Assembly: GCA_051647685.1 (NCBI GenBank)
Contig: JBOFEG010000028.1
Location: 1,449-65,448 of the forward strand
Length of the DNA stretch: 64,000 nt
Direction: 5' to 3'
Origin: Chlamydiales bacterium
Lineage (GTDB): Bacteria > Chlamydiota > Chlamydiia > Chlamydiales > CALTSX01
In this document: positions 17,352 to 27,049 of the stretch, piece after piece
How positions within the stretch are numbered: the stretch's first letter is position 1
Layout: each line of letters begins with the position of its first letter
Translations under genes and position numbers: made by a program
The notes under the pieces: model-generated
Seen by the model: only the letters and a program-made list of their open reading frames with translations
Database searches by the model: none
What the model was told of the DNA's origin: nothing

Positions 17352-18128
17352 TTAATCTTCATCTAGTTCGATATTGACAGGTCTCATTGCTTTTACTTCT
17401 AACTGTGATTCTGCAATGAGAAATTTTTTATTGTTGACTTTCACCAGATACAAAACTGACTTATGACTTAAGGGTTTTCGCTCTAGCACAGTAATTTCTC
17501 TGCCCGTAGAGTGTACTTTTCCCCTGTTAAACTTGCGCAGAAGCCAAACAAAGAGCAACAAAAAGAGAATGAATCCAAAGACGACCAAAGCTGTATGCAT
17601 AATCGTTTTTTCATACCCTCCCATAGAAGGTGTCATTGGATTAAACCTATCCGGACTCGATCCATCTTGATCAAAAAAAGAATCAGGTCGATCGAATGAA
17701 CTCGGATTTTCTATATAATCTTCTGGATAGGTTAAGGGAGTGGGATCAATTGGATCTCGTCCTCTAAAAGCAGGTCTTTTTATCTCGCGAGAGTTATCTA
17801 GTTCTAGAGGAGTGCGGCTGTCATTATCACCAGGAATTAATTCTAAGGGTTCTTGTTTCTTTCTAAAATAATTGGGCCCTTTAATTGAACAGGGAGAATC
17901 GACATCCAGATCATAATGCGTATCGCCTGGATATACCGGCAAATCATCCGGTCTCGGTGGGGAGCGCGATATCGCTTCCGGCGTTTCTACTATTGACTCT
18001 GTTTGAAGCGTAGGTTCACCTACAGGAGCTTCCTCAAAGGAAATAATCATTCCATCGCCATATAAGCTGGTATATAGGATGCCAAATATCGCGAGAAATC
18101 GAACCATTTTTTTTCCTACGTTGTTCAT
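17352..18128 (-). CDS. membrane protein with a FliO-like C-terminal region
   Basis: Signal-like N-terminus, a Pro/Asp-rich middle, one TM helix (ALVVFGFILFLLLFVWLL), then ITVLERKPLSHKSVLYLVKVNNKKFLIAES. This resembles the FliO pattern of a TM helix followed by (R/K)PLG..sL.lVev.g+.alLG. Confidence 0.4.
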   Translation of the reverse strand: MNNVGKKMVRFLAIFGILYTSLYGDGMIISFEEAPVGEPTLQTESIVETPEAISRSPPRPDDLPVYPGDTHYDLDVDSPCSIKGPNYFRKKQEPLELIPGDNDSRTPLELDNSREIKRPAFRGRDPIDPTPLTYPEDYIENPSSFDRPDSFFDQDGSSPDRFNPMTPSMGGYEKTIMHTALVVFGFILFLLLFVWLLRKFNRGKVHSTGREITVLERKPLSHKSVLYLVKVNNKKFLIAESQLEVKAMRPVNIELDED

Positions 18129-18199
18129 TCTTTACAATAATAGACGATAACAATATTTTTAAAGGTTTTTTCTTAACCTCAATTCAGTATACTAACTCC

Positions 18200-19021
18200 A
18201 TGAAAGGAATACTTGCATTAGATATCGACGGAACGCTGACATCAGAATATGTTATTCCACCGGTTGTCGTCCGTGCGCTTAGAAAAAAATGGAAGGATGG
18301 TTGGGTCATTTGTTTAATTACGGGAAGGAGTTATTCCTTCGCCTCTATTGCTACTGAATTCTTTGATTTCCCCCATTATCTTGCCCTCCAAAATGGAGCC
18401 GACATCATACAAATGCCGGAAAAAATAAGACTTTCCCACTCTTATTTACTTCACGAAATTACACAAAACTTAGATGATTTAGCGAAACGACTACAGTCTA
18501 ATTTTCTCATCTATTCTGGATATGAAAAAGGGGATTTTTGTTATTTCTTGCGCGATGGAAAACCATCTCCAACTCTGCAGACCTATTTAAAAAGATTAGA
18601 GGCCTTATCTCGCTCTAAATGGAGAAGTGTTTCGAGTTGGCACGAGATACCACAAGCAACTTTTCCCATGATCAAAATCATTGGAAATCGAGAAGAGGTC
18701 GATGAATGTATCTCTCTTCTCGAAAAACATCATGCAGTTTCTACCTGTTTTATTCAGGACTTAATACAACCTGGTCGCTCTCTCGGGCTCATTACGGATA
18801 AGAGTGCAAATAAGGGAACCGCTCTCGATTTTTTTCGATCTCACTTTGGATGCGCCTATGCCGTTGCGGCTGGAGATGACGAAAACGATATCCCTATGTT
18901 AGAATGTGCAGACAAAAAAATTGTCATGGAAACTGCAACGGAAGCGATTCGCAAAAGAGCCGATATTATTGCCGGGCCTGCCAAAAGACATGGCATTATT
19001 GCAGTACTCGAACAAATCTAA
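18200..19021 (+). CDS. HAD-IIB (Cof-type) phosphatase
   Basis: Motif I ALDIDGTLT and motif IV GDDENDIPML, with a Cof-like cap length. Its TAA overlaps the next ATG as TAATG at 19019-19023. Confidence 0.8.
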   Translation: MKGILALDIDGTLTSEYVIPPVVVRALRKKWKDGWVICLITGRSYSFASIATEFFDFPHYLALQNGADIIQMPEKIRLSHSYLLHEITQNLDDLAKRLQSNFLIYSGYEKGDFCYFLRDGKPSPTLQTYLKRLEALSRSKWRSVSSWHEIPQATFPMIKIIGNREEVDECISLLEKHHAVSTCFIQDLIQPGRSLGLITDKSANKGTALDFFRSHFGCAYAVAAGDDENDIPMLECADKKIVMETATEAIRKRADIIAGPAKRHGIIAVLEQI

Positions 19022-19821
19022 TGAATACTATGAAAAAAAATATTGTGCCCGTTGTCGGAGGTCTCATCCGCGCATCGGATGGAGAGATATTACTCGTCAG
19101 CACTCACAAGTGGAAAGGCTTATCTATTCCCGGTGGAAAAATTGAATATCGAGAAACTATCGCGAATGCTCTGCGACGAGAGATATGGGAAGAGACTCAT
19201 CTTACTATTAGTCATTATTGCGAGGGACCTCGGTTTGAAGAGATTGAAGGGCCGGAATTTTGTCGCAGAGAACATTTCATCATGTTTAATTTTATCTGTT
19301 TTCTGTCTCCGAGTTGCTCTAAGGCATCTGTACAACTCAATGAAGAATTAACGGATTATATTTGGGTAGATCCTAAAGAAGCCCTAACCTTATCACTCAA
19401 TCCAGCGACGAGGGATCTCGTTCTTTGGTATAACAAGCGCTTTGGCTCTTTCGGTACAATAGGTCTTGAAAAACAGGCAATGGCTGCTCGCATCGGCGTA
19501 TTTCCGGAAGAAAAAACCACGCTACAGACCATTGAAGTGACTCTAAATGTCACGTACGATATGAGCCTCGCTGTCCAAACCGATAACATTGCCGATGGCA
19601 TAGATTATATGGCGTTGTTAGAGAGCTGTAAAACACTTGCTATCTCTAAACACTTTGATCTACTCGAGACACTAGCCCAGAGTATGATTGATCTTCTCTT
19701 TACCTCTTATCCAGTCGAAGAAATAGATCTCTCTATATATAAGGTGGGCGCCGTCTTGGGAAAAAATAGCTCGGTCCGATTGCAGAAAGTGCGAAGAGAA
19801 GTGGCATGTCTTGGGTCTTAA
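19021..19821 (+). CDS. folB: Nudix hydrolase fused to dihydroneopterin aldolase (FolB)
   Basis: N-terminal Nudix box GKIEYRETIANALRREIWEETHL. The C-terminal FolB-like part reads ARIGVFPEEKTTLQTIEVTLNVTYD...DGIDYMALLES...FDLLETLAQSMIDLL. The true start is ATG 19021; the track start at 18904 lies inside the HAD gene. Confidence 0.8.
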   Translation: MNTMKKNIVPVVGGLIRASDGEILLVSTHKWKGLSIPGGKIEYRETIANALRREIWEETHLTISHYCEGPRFEEIEGPEFCRREHFIMFNFICFLSPSCSKASVQLNEELTDYIWVDPKEALTLSLNPATRDLVLWYNKRFGSFGTIGLEKQAMAARIGVFPEEKTTLQTIEVTLNVTYDMSLAVQTDNIADGIDYMALLESCKTLAISKHFDLLETLAQSMIDLLFTSYPVEEIDLSIYKVGAVLGKNSSVRLQKVRREVACLGS

Positions 19822-20516
19822 TTACGGGAGCAACTTCTCCTCTCGGTAAAAAAATTGCTCTTTCCTTTGCGCAGAGTGGAAAAAATATTGTCATTCATTA
19901 TCACAATCACTTGTCTATCGCTAAAGAAATAGGTAGCGAAATAGAAGCTATGGGGCAACAAGCGAAAACGTTGTACGGAGAATTTTCTACTGCATCCGGG
20001 GTGGATGCCTTTCTCAAACAATACAGACAACTCGATCTACAAACAGAAATACTCATTTACAATGTAGGCCCTTATAACCAAAAGAGCCTTTTGCAATCCT
20101 CCGTTATAGATTTACAAGAGACATTCCAGACCAATTTCTTTTCATCCGTATCGATCACGAAAGGCCTTTTGCCGGATCTACAAAAAACCCGAGGCTCTGT
20201 TATTTATTTGGGGTTTGCCAACCTGTCACGCGGGAAAGTATTCAACAATGCACCTGGCTACGTTCTCGCTAAAGAGACGTTAGCTGTATGGACTCGATCG
20301 CTTGCCAAAGAACTATCGCACACGCAAGTTAGAGTCAATATGGTATCGCCCGGCTATTTAGAGCATTCCATTGATGCACCAAAGCCATCGACCTTGCCAC
20401 AGGGTAGACTAATTTCTTGCAAAGAGGTGGCAGATTTTATCCAATATCTCGCGTCGCCACTGGCTAAATCCATAACGGGACAAAACATCGATGTAGCGGG
20501 AGGAATAGGATTATGA
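19806..20516 (+). CDS. short-chain dehydrogenase/reductase, possibly FolM/pteridine-reductase-like
   Basis: ITGATSPLGKKIA dinucleotide motif and YVLAK (YxxxK). It overlaps both neighbours (16 nt and ATGA). Confidence 0.75.
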   Translation: MSWVLITGATSPLGKKIALSFAQSGKNIVIHYHNHLSIAKEIGSEIEAMGQQAKTLYGEFSTASGVDAFLKQYRQLDLQTEILIYNVGPYNQKSLLQSSVIDLQETFQTNFFSSVSITKGLLPDLQKTRGSVIYLGFANLSRGKVFNNAPGYVLAKETLAVWTRSLAKELSHTQVRVNMVSPGYLEHSIDAPKPSTLPQGRLISCKEVADFIQYLASPLAKSITGQNIDVAGGIGL

Positions 20517-21871
20517 AAAAGGCTATTGACTATGGCAAATCCAGACAAAGCTCTACCACTCAACTGATTCATTTGTCTCACCAAAATTTGAGTAGTTGGG
20601 AGACCATTCCCATTTTTGAGAATCTCTGTTTTGTAATTGCACTCTTTCGAAGCCATATCGTAGCCAATACATTAGAGGGAAGGGAGTTACTCGAAAAGAT
20701 TCTTGCCTTTCAGATTGCGTCCGGAAAACATGCGGGATTATTCCCGCGTTACATCCATGAATACCCACGCGTCGATCGCAAAGGATATCTTATATCCATT
20801 GTTACTGCACTTTATCTTATCAAGCGCCAGCATGCCCAAATATTGCATTCTGAACTACAACTAACGCTAGAGAGTGCAATGGATAGATTGATGCAAGGGT
20901 TACAAGAACAAACTTGGATGGATAGCATCTCTTTTTTGTTGCGAGCGATCCAAGAAGAAGTGCCCGATCGAGAATCTCTTCTCGCCCTGCGTCCGAGAAG
21001 CGTCAGAGAATGTATCTATCTTTTGCATCTAACCCAAATTCTATTCCTGCAAAAGCGACGAAAGGCTACCGAAATGTTTGATCACTTAACCTCTTACTGG
21101 TCTAAAGAAATGAACGCTTATATCGGCCCCCTTGAAAAGGAATGGGTGGCATGTTCGGAGGAACCTATTTCTCTCTTCCATTACTTCATGCGGAAAACAA
21201 CCAATAGTGAACCAAAAATATCTCCCTCACTTGTCCATCTCCACGCGAGCCTTTTGTATCCCATAGAAGAGATGCCGGTCTTTACACAAAGATTGCCAAA
21301 GCTACATCCAAATTGGAAAATACAGCAGAGCGGCAATTTACTTTGGCAAATATGCACTGCGCTTCCCGAGCAAGTGTGCCGAGGATTTCATCTCTTTAGA
21401 ATACTTTGGAAAGATGGCGTAGTGCACTCCATGGTGTGTCAGCAACTCCTTCGAATGAAATACCAGAGAGTAGATGGCATAGAGAGTGTAATTACCTTGG
21501 AAGAGCTTCCAGAACATGGTGTCGAACTCCATTTCCGAAAAACAAAAGATACTATAATTTATTCCGGTGGAAAAAGAGCTACTTGTTTTAGTGCGGGGGA
21601 ATGGATAACAATCGACACGGGAAGAAAGAAACTTGACTTGCAGTTTGCGTCACCACTTACTATTCCATCGGTAGCTACTCTATCGATGCATCATCGTCCG
21701 GCCGAACTCCAGCCGGACTGCACAAATGTTGATTGGAGACTCTCTATTCGCGTGCTGTCGAACGACAGCAAAGAGCGCTTGCTTCATCTTCGGGTGCGCG
21801 AAGTGACGGGCTGTCCATTGCCAGACCCATTATGTGCAGACCATTGTCTACATACAAAGTCACACCTGTAA
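20513..21871 (+). CDS. hypothetical protein (452 aa), last gene of the HAD/Nudix-FolB/SDR operon
   Basis: Long ORF coupled to the SDR gene by ATGA. No motif recognised. Its 3' end overlaps convergent fabI by 128 nt. Confidence 0.45.
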   Translation: MKKAIDYGKSRQSSTTQLIHLSHQNLSSWETIPIFENLCFVIALFRSHIVANTLEGRELLEKILAFQIASGKHAGLFPRYIHEYPRVDRKGYLISIVTALYLIKRQHAQILHSELQLTLESAMDRLMQGLQEQTWMDSISFLLRAIQEEVPDRESLLALRPRSVRECIYLLHLTQILFLQKRRKATEMFDHLTSYWSKEMNAYIGPLEKEWVACSEEPISLFHYFMRKTTNSEPKISPSLVHLHASLLYPIEEMPVFTQRLPKLHPNWKIQQSGNLLWQICTALPEQVCRGFHLFRILWKDGVVHSMVCQQLLRMKYQRVDGIESVITLEELPEHGVELHFRKTKDTIIYSGGKRATCFSAGEWITIDTGRKKLDLQFASPLTIPSVATLSMHHRPAELQPDCTNVDWRLSIRVLSNDSKERLLHLRVREVTGCPLPDPLCADHCLHTKSHL

Positions 21872-22691
21872 TAGCAGATGCCATTGGCGATGTTAAAAAG
21901 GCAGCCGCATGGCCGATTTCTGGTGCTTCTAATGTTTTCTGGAGAGGGGAGTTAACTTTAGAATAAGCGATCATCGGATCGATCATACCAATGGCTCTGG
22001 CTGCTCGACTGCGCAAAGGCCCCGCTGAAATACAGTTAATTCGAATACCCCATTTTTTCCCAGCCTCATACGCGAGCGTTTTTGTATCGCTCTCCAGCGC
22101 CGCTTTCGCAGAACTCATTCCACCGCCGTAACCTGGAATCGCTTTGCAAGCTGCAATATAGGATAGAGTAATAGCAGATCCGCCGTTGGCAAAGATAGGT
22201 CCCAAATGCGATACGAAACTTACAAAAGAGTAAGCGGAAGAACTCAAAGCTGCTAGGTAGCCACTTCGAGAAGTTTCCAGAAGGGGTCTCGTAACTTCTG
22301 GTCCGTTTGCCAGTGCATGGACAAAGATATCGATCTCTCCGAAATCTTTTCCAATCGCCCCGCACACCTCTGAGATCGTATATCCAGAGATACTGGCGTA
22401 GCGCTTGTTGTTTCGAACTTCTTCGGGCACATCGGCAAGAGTGTCAAAAGTCGCATCTAGAGGGTAGACTTTAGCAATATCAAATAAAGAATTGTCGGAT
22501 AGTTTTCTGGCCTCATCAAACTTTCCGCTTTCCCATGAAACAGTAAAAATTTTTAGAATTGGAGCCCAAGTCCCAATAATAATTTCCGCCCCAGCCTCTG
22601 CAAGTGTCTTTGCAATAGCCCAGCCATACCCTTGATCGTCGCCAATTCCTGCGATAAATGCTCTTTTTCCCCGTAAATCTAACATATGCAC
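21744..22691 (-). CDS. fabI: enoyl-ACP reductase (NADH), plant/chlamydia-type FabI
   Basis: [45 protein letters not shown] and [17 protein letters not shown] closely follow chlamydial FabI. Confidence 0.9.
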   Translation of the reverse strand: MHMLDLRGKRAFIAGIGDDQGYGWAIAKTLAEAGAEIIIGTWAPILKIFTVSWESGKFDEARKLSDNSLFDIAKVYPLDATFDTLADVPEEVRNNKRYASISGYTISEVCGAIGKDFGEIDIFVHALANGPEVTRPLLETSRSGYLAALSSSAYSFVSFVSHLGPIFANGGSAITLSYIAACKAIPGYGGGMSSAKAALESDTKTLAYEAGKKWGIRINCISAGPLRSRAARAIGMIDPMIAYSKVNSPLQKTLEAPEIGHAAAFLTSPMASAITGVTLYVDNGLHIMGLAMDSPSLRAPEDEASALCCRSTARE

Positions 22692-23056
22692 CCTTTACGT
22701 TACGTGTAAGTTTTCAAAAATAATAGCATAGAATTTGGTTAACCGCAAGGATCGCTTGAGTAAAGAGTAATTATTTTTTTGAAAAATAATGCCGTCTCAA
22801 ATAATTTTTCCATCCCTCAGCGGTTATGACTCTGGGAGGTTTTTCTACAGAGACCCGTTTCCTTTTTTCTTTTTGACCCGGCTCACTTTTTTTAGATTTA
22901 TCAAATTTCATAGGACTCGCTGCAATCTACAATCACTACTTTGATTTGAAAAAAGAGCAAAGTTTGCGTGAAAATAGGGTATTTTTTTAACCTATTTTCA
23001 TACTAATATAAGTACGGTTTATATCAAACCGTAGCCCTTAAGAGAGGAAACCCTTC

Positions 23057-24046
23057 GTGAAGACATCTAAGTTGCAGCAACTCACATCGATTGCTGCAAA
23101 TAGTAACTCATCCATTAGAATTTATATCTGTATCATACCCGAGGAAGAGCAAAGACGCTTTTATATTTCACTGCTATCTCAAATTTTTGGTTGGAACCAA
23201 ATACTCTCCCAACCACTTAGCAAGTCCGATTCTTTTCTACTACAGTTACCACTACTTTTTAATCCGAGAGAAATTCTCCATCTCCAGTCTATTGAAAATG
23301 TTTCAAGTTCTGCAAAACCGCATTTGTATGGCTTCTTGCAATCCTATCCATCGCGGCTCATCCTATCTGGTTCCAGTTTTGGTCACTGCGTGGATCTCTA
23401 CGCAAAATGTAATGAAAATTCCCTCTTACTCAATCTTACACAAGAGAGCAAATGGGAGAAGAAAAATAGACTGAAAGAATATTGTCATTACGAAGTAGCG
23501 AGAGCGGGAAAATCCATCACTTCAGATGCCTTAGACTATATAATACAAGAAAAAGAGGATAGTATTGTTGGCTTGCAAAGTGAACTCCGAAAAGTCATTT
23601 GTCAAGCGGGAGCCAAAGAGACGATACAAAAATCAGATGTGACCTGCATTGTATCTGCGAGCCCTCGAGACGATTGGAAGACTCGAGAGCATATAGCCTT
23701 TGGATTGGATCTAGAGTATAGCACCCCCTATCTTCCCAAAGATTTTTTTCCATTCCTACAACAAATTCGCTATTTGATCGATCTCGCTTTCTTTTATCTT
23801 CACGCACAAGAAAGCTCAGCTGGTAGTGAAGCTCTGCAAAAAAGATTTCCTTATGTAAAGGGGAATCTCGCAACTCATTATGCAAACCTTCTGCAGGGAC
23901 TCTCGATACAGTATTGCATTCAAGCCAAAGAGATCCTTTTTGAATCGGAGTTTACGGCAAAGAGTTCTGCCACTCCCACTCCAGTCTTAATCAATCATCT
24001 TATCGCTAAGCTGCAGTGTTTACGAAAAAGTACAAATTTATCATAA
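23057..24046 (+). CDS. holA: probable DNA polymerase III delta subunit
   Basis: 329 aa from a GTG start. The layout and the segment LNLTQESKWEKKNRLKEYCHYEVARAGKSITSDALDYII resemble HolA. The call is tentative. Confidence 0.4.
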   Translation: MKTSKLQQLTSIAANSNSSIRIYICIIPEEEQRRFYISLLSQIFGWNQILSQPLSKSDSFLLQLPLLFNPREILHLQSIENVSSSAKPHLYGFLQSYPSRLILSGSSFGHCVDLYAKCNENSLLLNLTQESKWEKKNRLKEYCHYEVARAGKSITSDALDYIIQEKEDSIVGLQSELRKVICQAGAKETIQKSDVTCIVSASPRDDWKTREHIAFGLDLEYSTPYLPKDFFPFLQQIRYLIDLAFFYLHAQESSAGSEALQKRFPYVKGNLATHYANLLQGLSIQYCIQAKEILFESEFTAKSSATPTPVLINHLIAKLQCLRKSTNLS

Positions 24047-24089
24047 TACTCATACTTAACAATTCAATATATAATTAAGGAACAAATAA

Positions 24090-24356
24090 ATGATTTCATT
24101 TTTTGGTGTACTATTTATCATTATGCTTATTATAGCAATCATACTGTTGCCTTGTATTATAGCTGCAGCATTTTTTGAATGGGGATTTTCTAGATGGAAG
24201 AGAGTACCTTTCAACAAACATAGGTACCAAACTATCCTGATCCTATGTATCGCGTTTCGCTTGCTTTTGCCTAATGGTTACTATGGGAAATTAGGAACTC
24301 AATTTAGAGAAGTAGTAGATAGCGTTTCCGGATATCACTATAAAATATGCTTGTAA
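24090..24356 (+). CDS. small membrane protein (88 aa)
   Basis: ORF with two hydrophobic stretches. No other support. Confidence 0.3.
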   Translation: MISFFGVLFIIMLIIAIILLPCIIAAAFFEWGFSRWKRVPFNKHRYQTILILCIAFRLLLPNGYYGKLGTQFREVVDSVSGYHYKICL

Positions 24357-24377
24357 GTAGCTCCGTTCAGCATTCAC

Positions 24378-25763
24378 TCAACGTATAGAACGATACATCG
24401 CCACTGTTTTAGCGCTCGTCTTTTCGTGGTCTATAATAGGGATTGGATATTTGCAATTCCTATCCCGATATTTTTTATCGTACCAGTGATGTACGCTCGT
24501 AGCTGACGCTTCTGTAAGTTCGGGAATCCATTTTTTAATATATTGGCACTCCGGATCAAATTTCTTCTGCTGGACCCATGGGTTGAAAATTTGAAAGTAG
24601 GGTTGAATAGCGCTTCCCGTTCCAGCGATCCATTGCCAATTGCCATTGTTCACGCAAGGGTCATAATCGACGAGCCTTTGAGCAAAATACTTTTCTCCCT
24701 TGCGCCAATCGATATGCAAATCTTTTACCAAAAAGGAAGCCGTAATCATTCGAATGCGATTGGGGATAAACCCAGTTTCGTTTAGCTCTCTCATGCCAGC
24801 GTCTACAATTGGAAATCCAGTTTTCCCCATTTTCCATTTTGTAAACCTCGTCTTGTCATAAGACCATTTCAATCTATCCCATTTTTTATGGAAGGCTCCT
24901 TTCAACACATGGGGAAAGAAAAAAGCGATTATCGTAAAGAATTCCCGCCAGTACAACGCTCTGATTAAAGGATGATCCCTCCCAAGATTACTGTAGATTA
25001 CCCAATAGATCTCCCGAGGAGAACAAAGGGTAAATTTTAAGTAAGGGGAGAGATGGGTCGAATAATCTTTTATGGGAAAATTTCGAAGCTCTGAATATTG
25101 ATTAAACTCTTTGATTCTCTTCAGTATTTTTATACATTCGCCTCTGCTTCCCACTAAAGAGTTTTGGGTAGAATATTTTTGCAGGAGACGCGCGAAGATG
25201 TCATCTTGCTTCGCAAAAGAAATTGTGCCAGAAAAATAATTCTTCTTTCGACTGCTCTTGGGTTTAGGAACTTTTGCCCGACTCACTTTTTGAAAGAAAG
25301 GGGTAAAGACGAGATAGGGGCGACCATCTTTTTTCAGAGTATCTTCTGGTTTACACAATAAACAATCATCCAACGAAAAAAAATAGACCCCCTTGCGTTT
25401 GGCTATATTTGCTATTTGTTTGTCTCGTTCCATGCTATAGGGAGTATAATCGCGATTGACAACTATAGAATTTACCTTTACCTCGCTAATACATTTTTGG
25501 ACAATTTGTGCAGGACTGCCTTGAAAAAGGTATAATTGCCCTCTGCGTTTTTGCAACTGATCGCTTAGATCCTGCAGACATTCTATCATGAACTTCAAAC
25601 AGTGATCACTGCGATAGGAATTCTTTCCAATTTGCTCTGGAGTAAAGATAAAACAAGGGATGACCACTGTAGAATTTTCCAAAGCGAAGTTTAATCCAAT
25701 ATTGTCGTCAATCCGTAAATCTCTTCGGAAAATGAACAAAGTAGTGCCGAGTTTTTTACCCAT
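24378..25763 (-). CDS. phr: deoxyribodipyrimidine photolyase / cryptochrome family
   Basis: LFIFRRDLRIDDN N-terminus and the FAD-binding region TGFPIVDAGMRELNETGFIPNRIRMITASFLVKDLHIDWRKGEKYFAQRLVDYDPCVNNGNWQW. Confidence 0.9.
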   Translation of the reverse strand: MGKKLGTTLFIFRRDLRIDDNIGLNFALENSTVVIPCFIFTPEQIGKNSYRSDHCLKFMIECLQDLSDQLQKRRGQLYLFQGSPAQIVQKCISEVKVNSIVVNRDYTPYSMERDKQIANIAKRKGVYFFSLDDCLLCKPEDTLKKDGRPYLVFTPFFQKVSRAKVPKPKSSRKKNYFSGTISFAKQDDIFARLLQKYSTQNSLVGSRGECIKILKRIKEFNQYSELRNFPIKDYSTHLSPYLKFTLCSPREIYWVIYSNLGRDHPLIRALYWREFFTIIAFFFPHVLKGAFHKKWDRLKWSYDKTRFTKWKMGKTGFPIVDAGMRELNETGFIPNRIRMITASFLVKDLHIDWRKGEKYFAQRLVDYDPCVNNGNWQWIAGTGSAIQPYFQIFNPWVQQKKFDPECQYIKKWIPELTEASATSVHHWYDKKYRDRNCKYPIPIIDHEKTSAKTVAMYRSIR

Positions 25764-25791
25764 TGATTTCTCAAGTTTTTGATGACCTACT

Positions 25792-26316
25792 TTACTCAGG
25801 GTTTATCATTTCGACAATTCTGTCCACCACACTTCTTACTTCTTCTAGATCAATGATAGGGGGTTTGGAAACCCTTTCCGCGACAACATCTGCCAACTGA
25901 GGATCAAATTCTACCACATCTTTCGATCGGACGCCTCTCCAAATCGGCAGAATTTTTTTGCACGATTTCCTGCGAAGTAATTGAATCGTACCCTTATATT
26001 CTCGATTAGCCAGTCTTGTATTTCTTAAGAATTCTGGGCTAAGTACCACAGCTACATACTGGCAGCTCTTTAATCCTTCGTTAATAGCGTCTGTTACGCT
26101 ATCACCAATTTGCATACACTCCACATCAAACCAAGTAGAAATATTTCGAAACTTGAGCTCTCTATTGATTTCATTTACAAACTCTTTATCGGTATAATCG
26201 TGGCAGAGAAAAACTTTTTTGCTTTCGGTATCCAATTCATTTTTTGGTGCAGAAATCAATATCACTGGAAGACTTAAAAGAAAAATAAGAGTGTGGTAAA
26301 TTCTTAACTTTTTCAT
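25792..26316 (-). CDS. TIR-domain protein with an N-terminal signal peptide or membrane anchor
   Basis: MKKLRIYHTLIFLLSLPVILISAP, then KVFLCHDYTDKEFVNEINRELKFRNISTWFDVECMQIGDSVTDAINEGLKSCQYVAVVLSPEFL. This follows the TIR_2-like pattern FhSa..D, W.D..l..G and hhhhhS..a..S. Confidence 0.7.
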   Translation of the reverse strand: MKKLRIYHTLIFLLSLPVILISAPKNELDTESKKVFLCHDYTDKEFVNEINRELKFRNISTWFDVECMQIGDSVTDAINEGLKSCQYVAVVLSPEFLRNTRLANREYKGTIQLLRRKSCKKILPIWRGVRSKDVVEFDPQLADVVAERVSKPPIIDLEEVRSVVDRIVEMINPE

Positions 26317-26415
26317 CTAGATTTAACGAATAAACTATATGCGATAAAAAGTCATTTAAATTTTTTTATTTGAACAAATTGATTTTATTGTTGCTTAAAT
26401 GCTACAATATATGCC

Positions 26416-26769
26416 ATGCAAAATAAAATCAATATAGATACATACGAAACTAAAAATGGAAAATGCCCTTACTTAGAATGGGAATCAAAATTATCCAAGA
26501 CTATTAGAGCGATTGTAACTACTCGACTTGCAAGAATTAGAGTTGGAAATTTTGGAGATTGTAAATCTATACAAGGTGCAAAAGGCATGTATGAACGTAG
26601 GATTCATATTAGCCCGGGATATCGCATTTATTTTGGAAAAGATGAGGATAAGATAATCTTACTTCTTTTAGGTGGTATCAAAGGAAACCAGAAAAAAGAT
26701 ATTCAAAAATCCTATGAATATTGGCAAGATTATCTCGTATCAAAATGGAGGGAATATGAAAAGAAGTAG
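26416..26769 (+). CDS. type II toxin, RelE/ParE-superfamily addiction module killer (HigB / HI1419-like)
   Basis: RLARIRVGNFGDCKSIQGAKGMYERRIHISPGYRIYFGKDEDKIILLLLGGIKGNQKKDIQKS matches the killer-protein pattern R..rl..GN.GD.k.v..gv.ElRi..GpGYRvYF......vvlLl.GGdKs.Q..DI..A. Confidence 0.85.
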   Translation: MQNKINIDTYETKNGKCPYLEWESKLSKTIRAIVTTRLARIRVGNFGDCKSIQGAKGMYERRIHISPGYRIYFGKDEDKIILLLLGGIKGNQKKDIQKSYEYWQDYLVSKWREYEKK

Positions 26770-27049
26770 AAGTTACCGAGAGGCGTTACTCGAGAGATTA
26801 AAAGATGCATCTGAAGCAGTTGCTTATCTGAATGCAGCTTTACAAGATGAGGACATTAGAGTCTTTCTTGTGGCTTTAAGAGATATAGTTGATGCAAATG
26901 GTGGTATCTCTATGCTTGCTAAAGAAACAGAGCTCAATAGAGAAACTTTGTATAGAACATTGTCCATGAAGGGGAACCCTACTATTGAGAATTTAATACT
27001 TATGTTAGATACTCTTGGGTTTGCGCTACAAGTTAAGGAGGCCATCTAA
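26756..27049 (+). CDS. type II antitoxin, HTH antidote protein (HigA / HI1420-like)
   Basis: MKRSRSYREALLERLKDASEAVAYLNAAL...GGISMLAKETELNRETLYRTLSMKGNPTIENLILMLDTLGFAL. ATG 26756 overlaps the toxin stop by 14 nt. The track start at 26672 is inside the toxin gene. Confidence 0.85.
   Translation: MKRSRSYREALLERLKDASEAVAYLNAALQDEDIRVFLVALRDIVDANGGISMLAKETELNRETLYRTLSMKGNPTIENLILMLDTLGFALQVKEAI

Noticed and set aside
18904-19020. N-terminal extensions proposed by the track: 18904 for Nudix-FolB, 34109 for sucB, 26672 for the antitoxin, 3110 for pyrG and 62473 for pknD.
   Set aside because: The extensions overlap the preceding gene or add non-conserved residues. Internal ATGs placed at or just after the upstream stop give canonical N-termini.
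21744-21871. A 128-nt convergent overlap between the 452-aa ORF and fabI.
   Set aside because: This is probably a modest C-terminal overrun of one or both ORFs. FabI runs about 14 residues past where chlamydial FabI usually ends. I cannot tell which stop is authentic without an alignment, and nothing suggests a functional element.
22771-22911. A 46-aa basic ORF (MKFDKSKKSEPGQKEKRKRVSVEKPPRVITAEGWKNYLRRHYFSKK) on the minus strand in the fabI-holA spacer.
   Set aside because: It has no convincing Shine-Dalgarno sequence and no recognisable family, and it is very short. It may be real, but the sequence alone does not support it.
22965-23030. Two small hairpins upstream of holA: AAAATAGG..CCTATTTT and ACGGTTT..AAACCGT.
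   Set aside because: The stems are short and AT-rich with no associated T-run or known operator pattern. They could be regulatory, but I cannot support that.
25792-26316. The TIR gene as part of a Thoeris-type system.
   Set aside because: No ThsA-like (SIR2 or Macro/SLOG) gene is adjacent, and the protein has an export-type N-terminus. I report it only as a TIR-domain protein.
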